A DNA stretch of 64,000 nucleotides. It comes from a virus. The notes beneath the pieces are model-generated. The model saw only the letters and a list, made by a program, of their open reading frames with translations, made no database searches and was not told where the DNA came from. Both the position numbers and the translations under genes were made by a program. Location: positions 64,001 to 128,000 of IMG/VR virus record IMGVR_UViG_3300015360_000024. One strand, 5' to 3'. Shown piece by piece: positions 63,540 to 64,000 of this stretch; the stretch's first letter is position 1; each line of letters starts with the position of its first letter.

Positions 63540-64000
63540 ATGTCCAAACAACTATTCGACAAGGTCGCCGAATCGATCACCAAGGATCACCCGTCGTTCA
63601 AGATCCGGTACAAGAACGAAAGCAGCCTCATGCGGTTCTTGGCCGTTTTGGCCTATCCGTTCAATGAGACCTTCGCGGACGGCTACATTACGACGCTTGG
63701 ATCGACGGTCTACTTCCCGAGCAGGGAGGATGTCGAGCAGAGCTACACGCACAGCGCCGACACGCTAGCCCACGAAGGCGTTCACATCTTCGACGCCCAG
63801 CGGCATGGTCTCTGGTTCACGCTCAGCTATGCGTTGAACCAGCTTGCGCTCCTGCCGTTGCTGGTGGCCTTTGCGATCCTGGGCAGCTGGGTTCCGGTTG
63901 CTGCCCTCGTTGGTGGCGGGACCATTGCCTATGTCTCGCTGTGGCTGATGATGAAGCTGACGGCCAGTAGGAATGTGCGTCGCTGGACGTTCTTCGTTTT
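63540..64000 (+). CDS. HExxH metallopeptidase-like membrane protein (truncated by the window end)
   Basis: Own translation: MSKQLFDKVAESITKDHP...YITTLGSTVYFP...TLAHEGVHIFDAQR, followed by hydrophobic helices; open to the edge. Confidence 0.7.
   Translation, partial: MSKQLFDKVAESITKDHPSFKIRYKNESSLMRFLAVLAYPFNETFADGYITTLGSTVYFPSREDVEQSYTHSADTLAHEGVHIFDAQRHGLWFTLSYALNQLALLPLLVAFAILGSWVPVAALVGGGTIAYVSLWLMMKLTASRNVRRWTFFV

Overview
This window is a 64-kb internal segment of a large, GC-rich tailed dsDNA phage (Caudoviricetes, contractile tail) with T4-like head, neck and baseplate genes. Neither genome end, the host, nor a DNA polymerase or RNA polymerase gene is visible. Almost all genes are on the + strand; the clear exception is a GIY-YIG endonuclease. 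Order: (1) ~0.05-20.3 kb, replication, recombination and regulation: dual-specificity phosphatase, initiator with internal lambda-like iterons, DnaC-like loader, DnaB, primase, two SSBs, a motif-dead SF2 helicase, RecA, Hjc-like and RuvC-like resolvases, a Cas4-like nuclease, and Myb-like and ParB-like proteins. (2) 20.3-25.4 kb, three tandem cassettes, each a small partner gene plus a PI3/4-kinase/HipA-fold gene; only the middle kinase keeps its catalytic residues. (3) 25.5-64 kb, terminase, holin, portal, scaffold and protease, major capsid, neck, sheath, two tube paralogs, gp26-like chaperone, tape measure and baseplate. Best leads: the kinase/pseudokinase/partner array, an EndoVII-type endonuclease flanked by a recoded duplicate of its target gene's 5' end, two candidate -1 ribosomal frameshifts, a recurring CGCAA-N4-TTGCG operator, and nested domain insertions in the sheath that are shared with the capsid. 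No tRNA, rRNA or CRISPR array is supported. All product calls come from motif recognition by eye; no database search was run.
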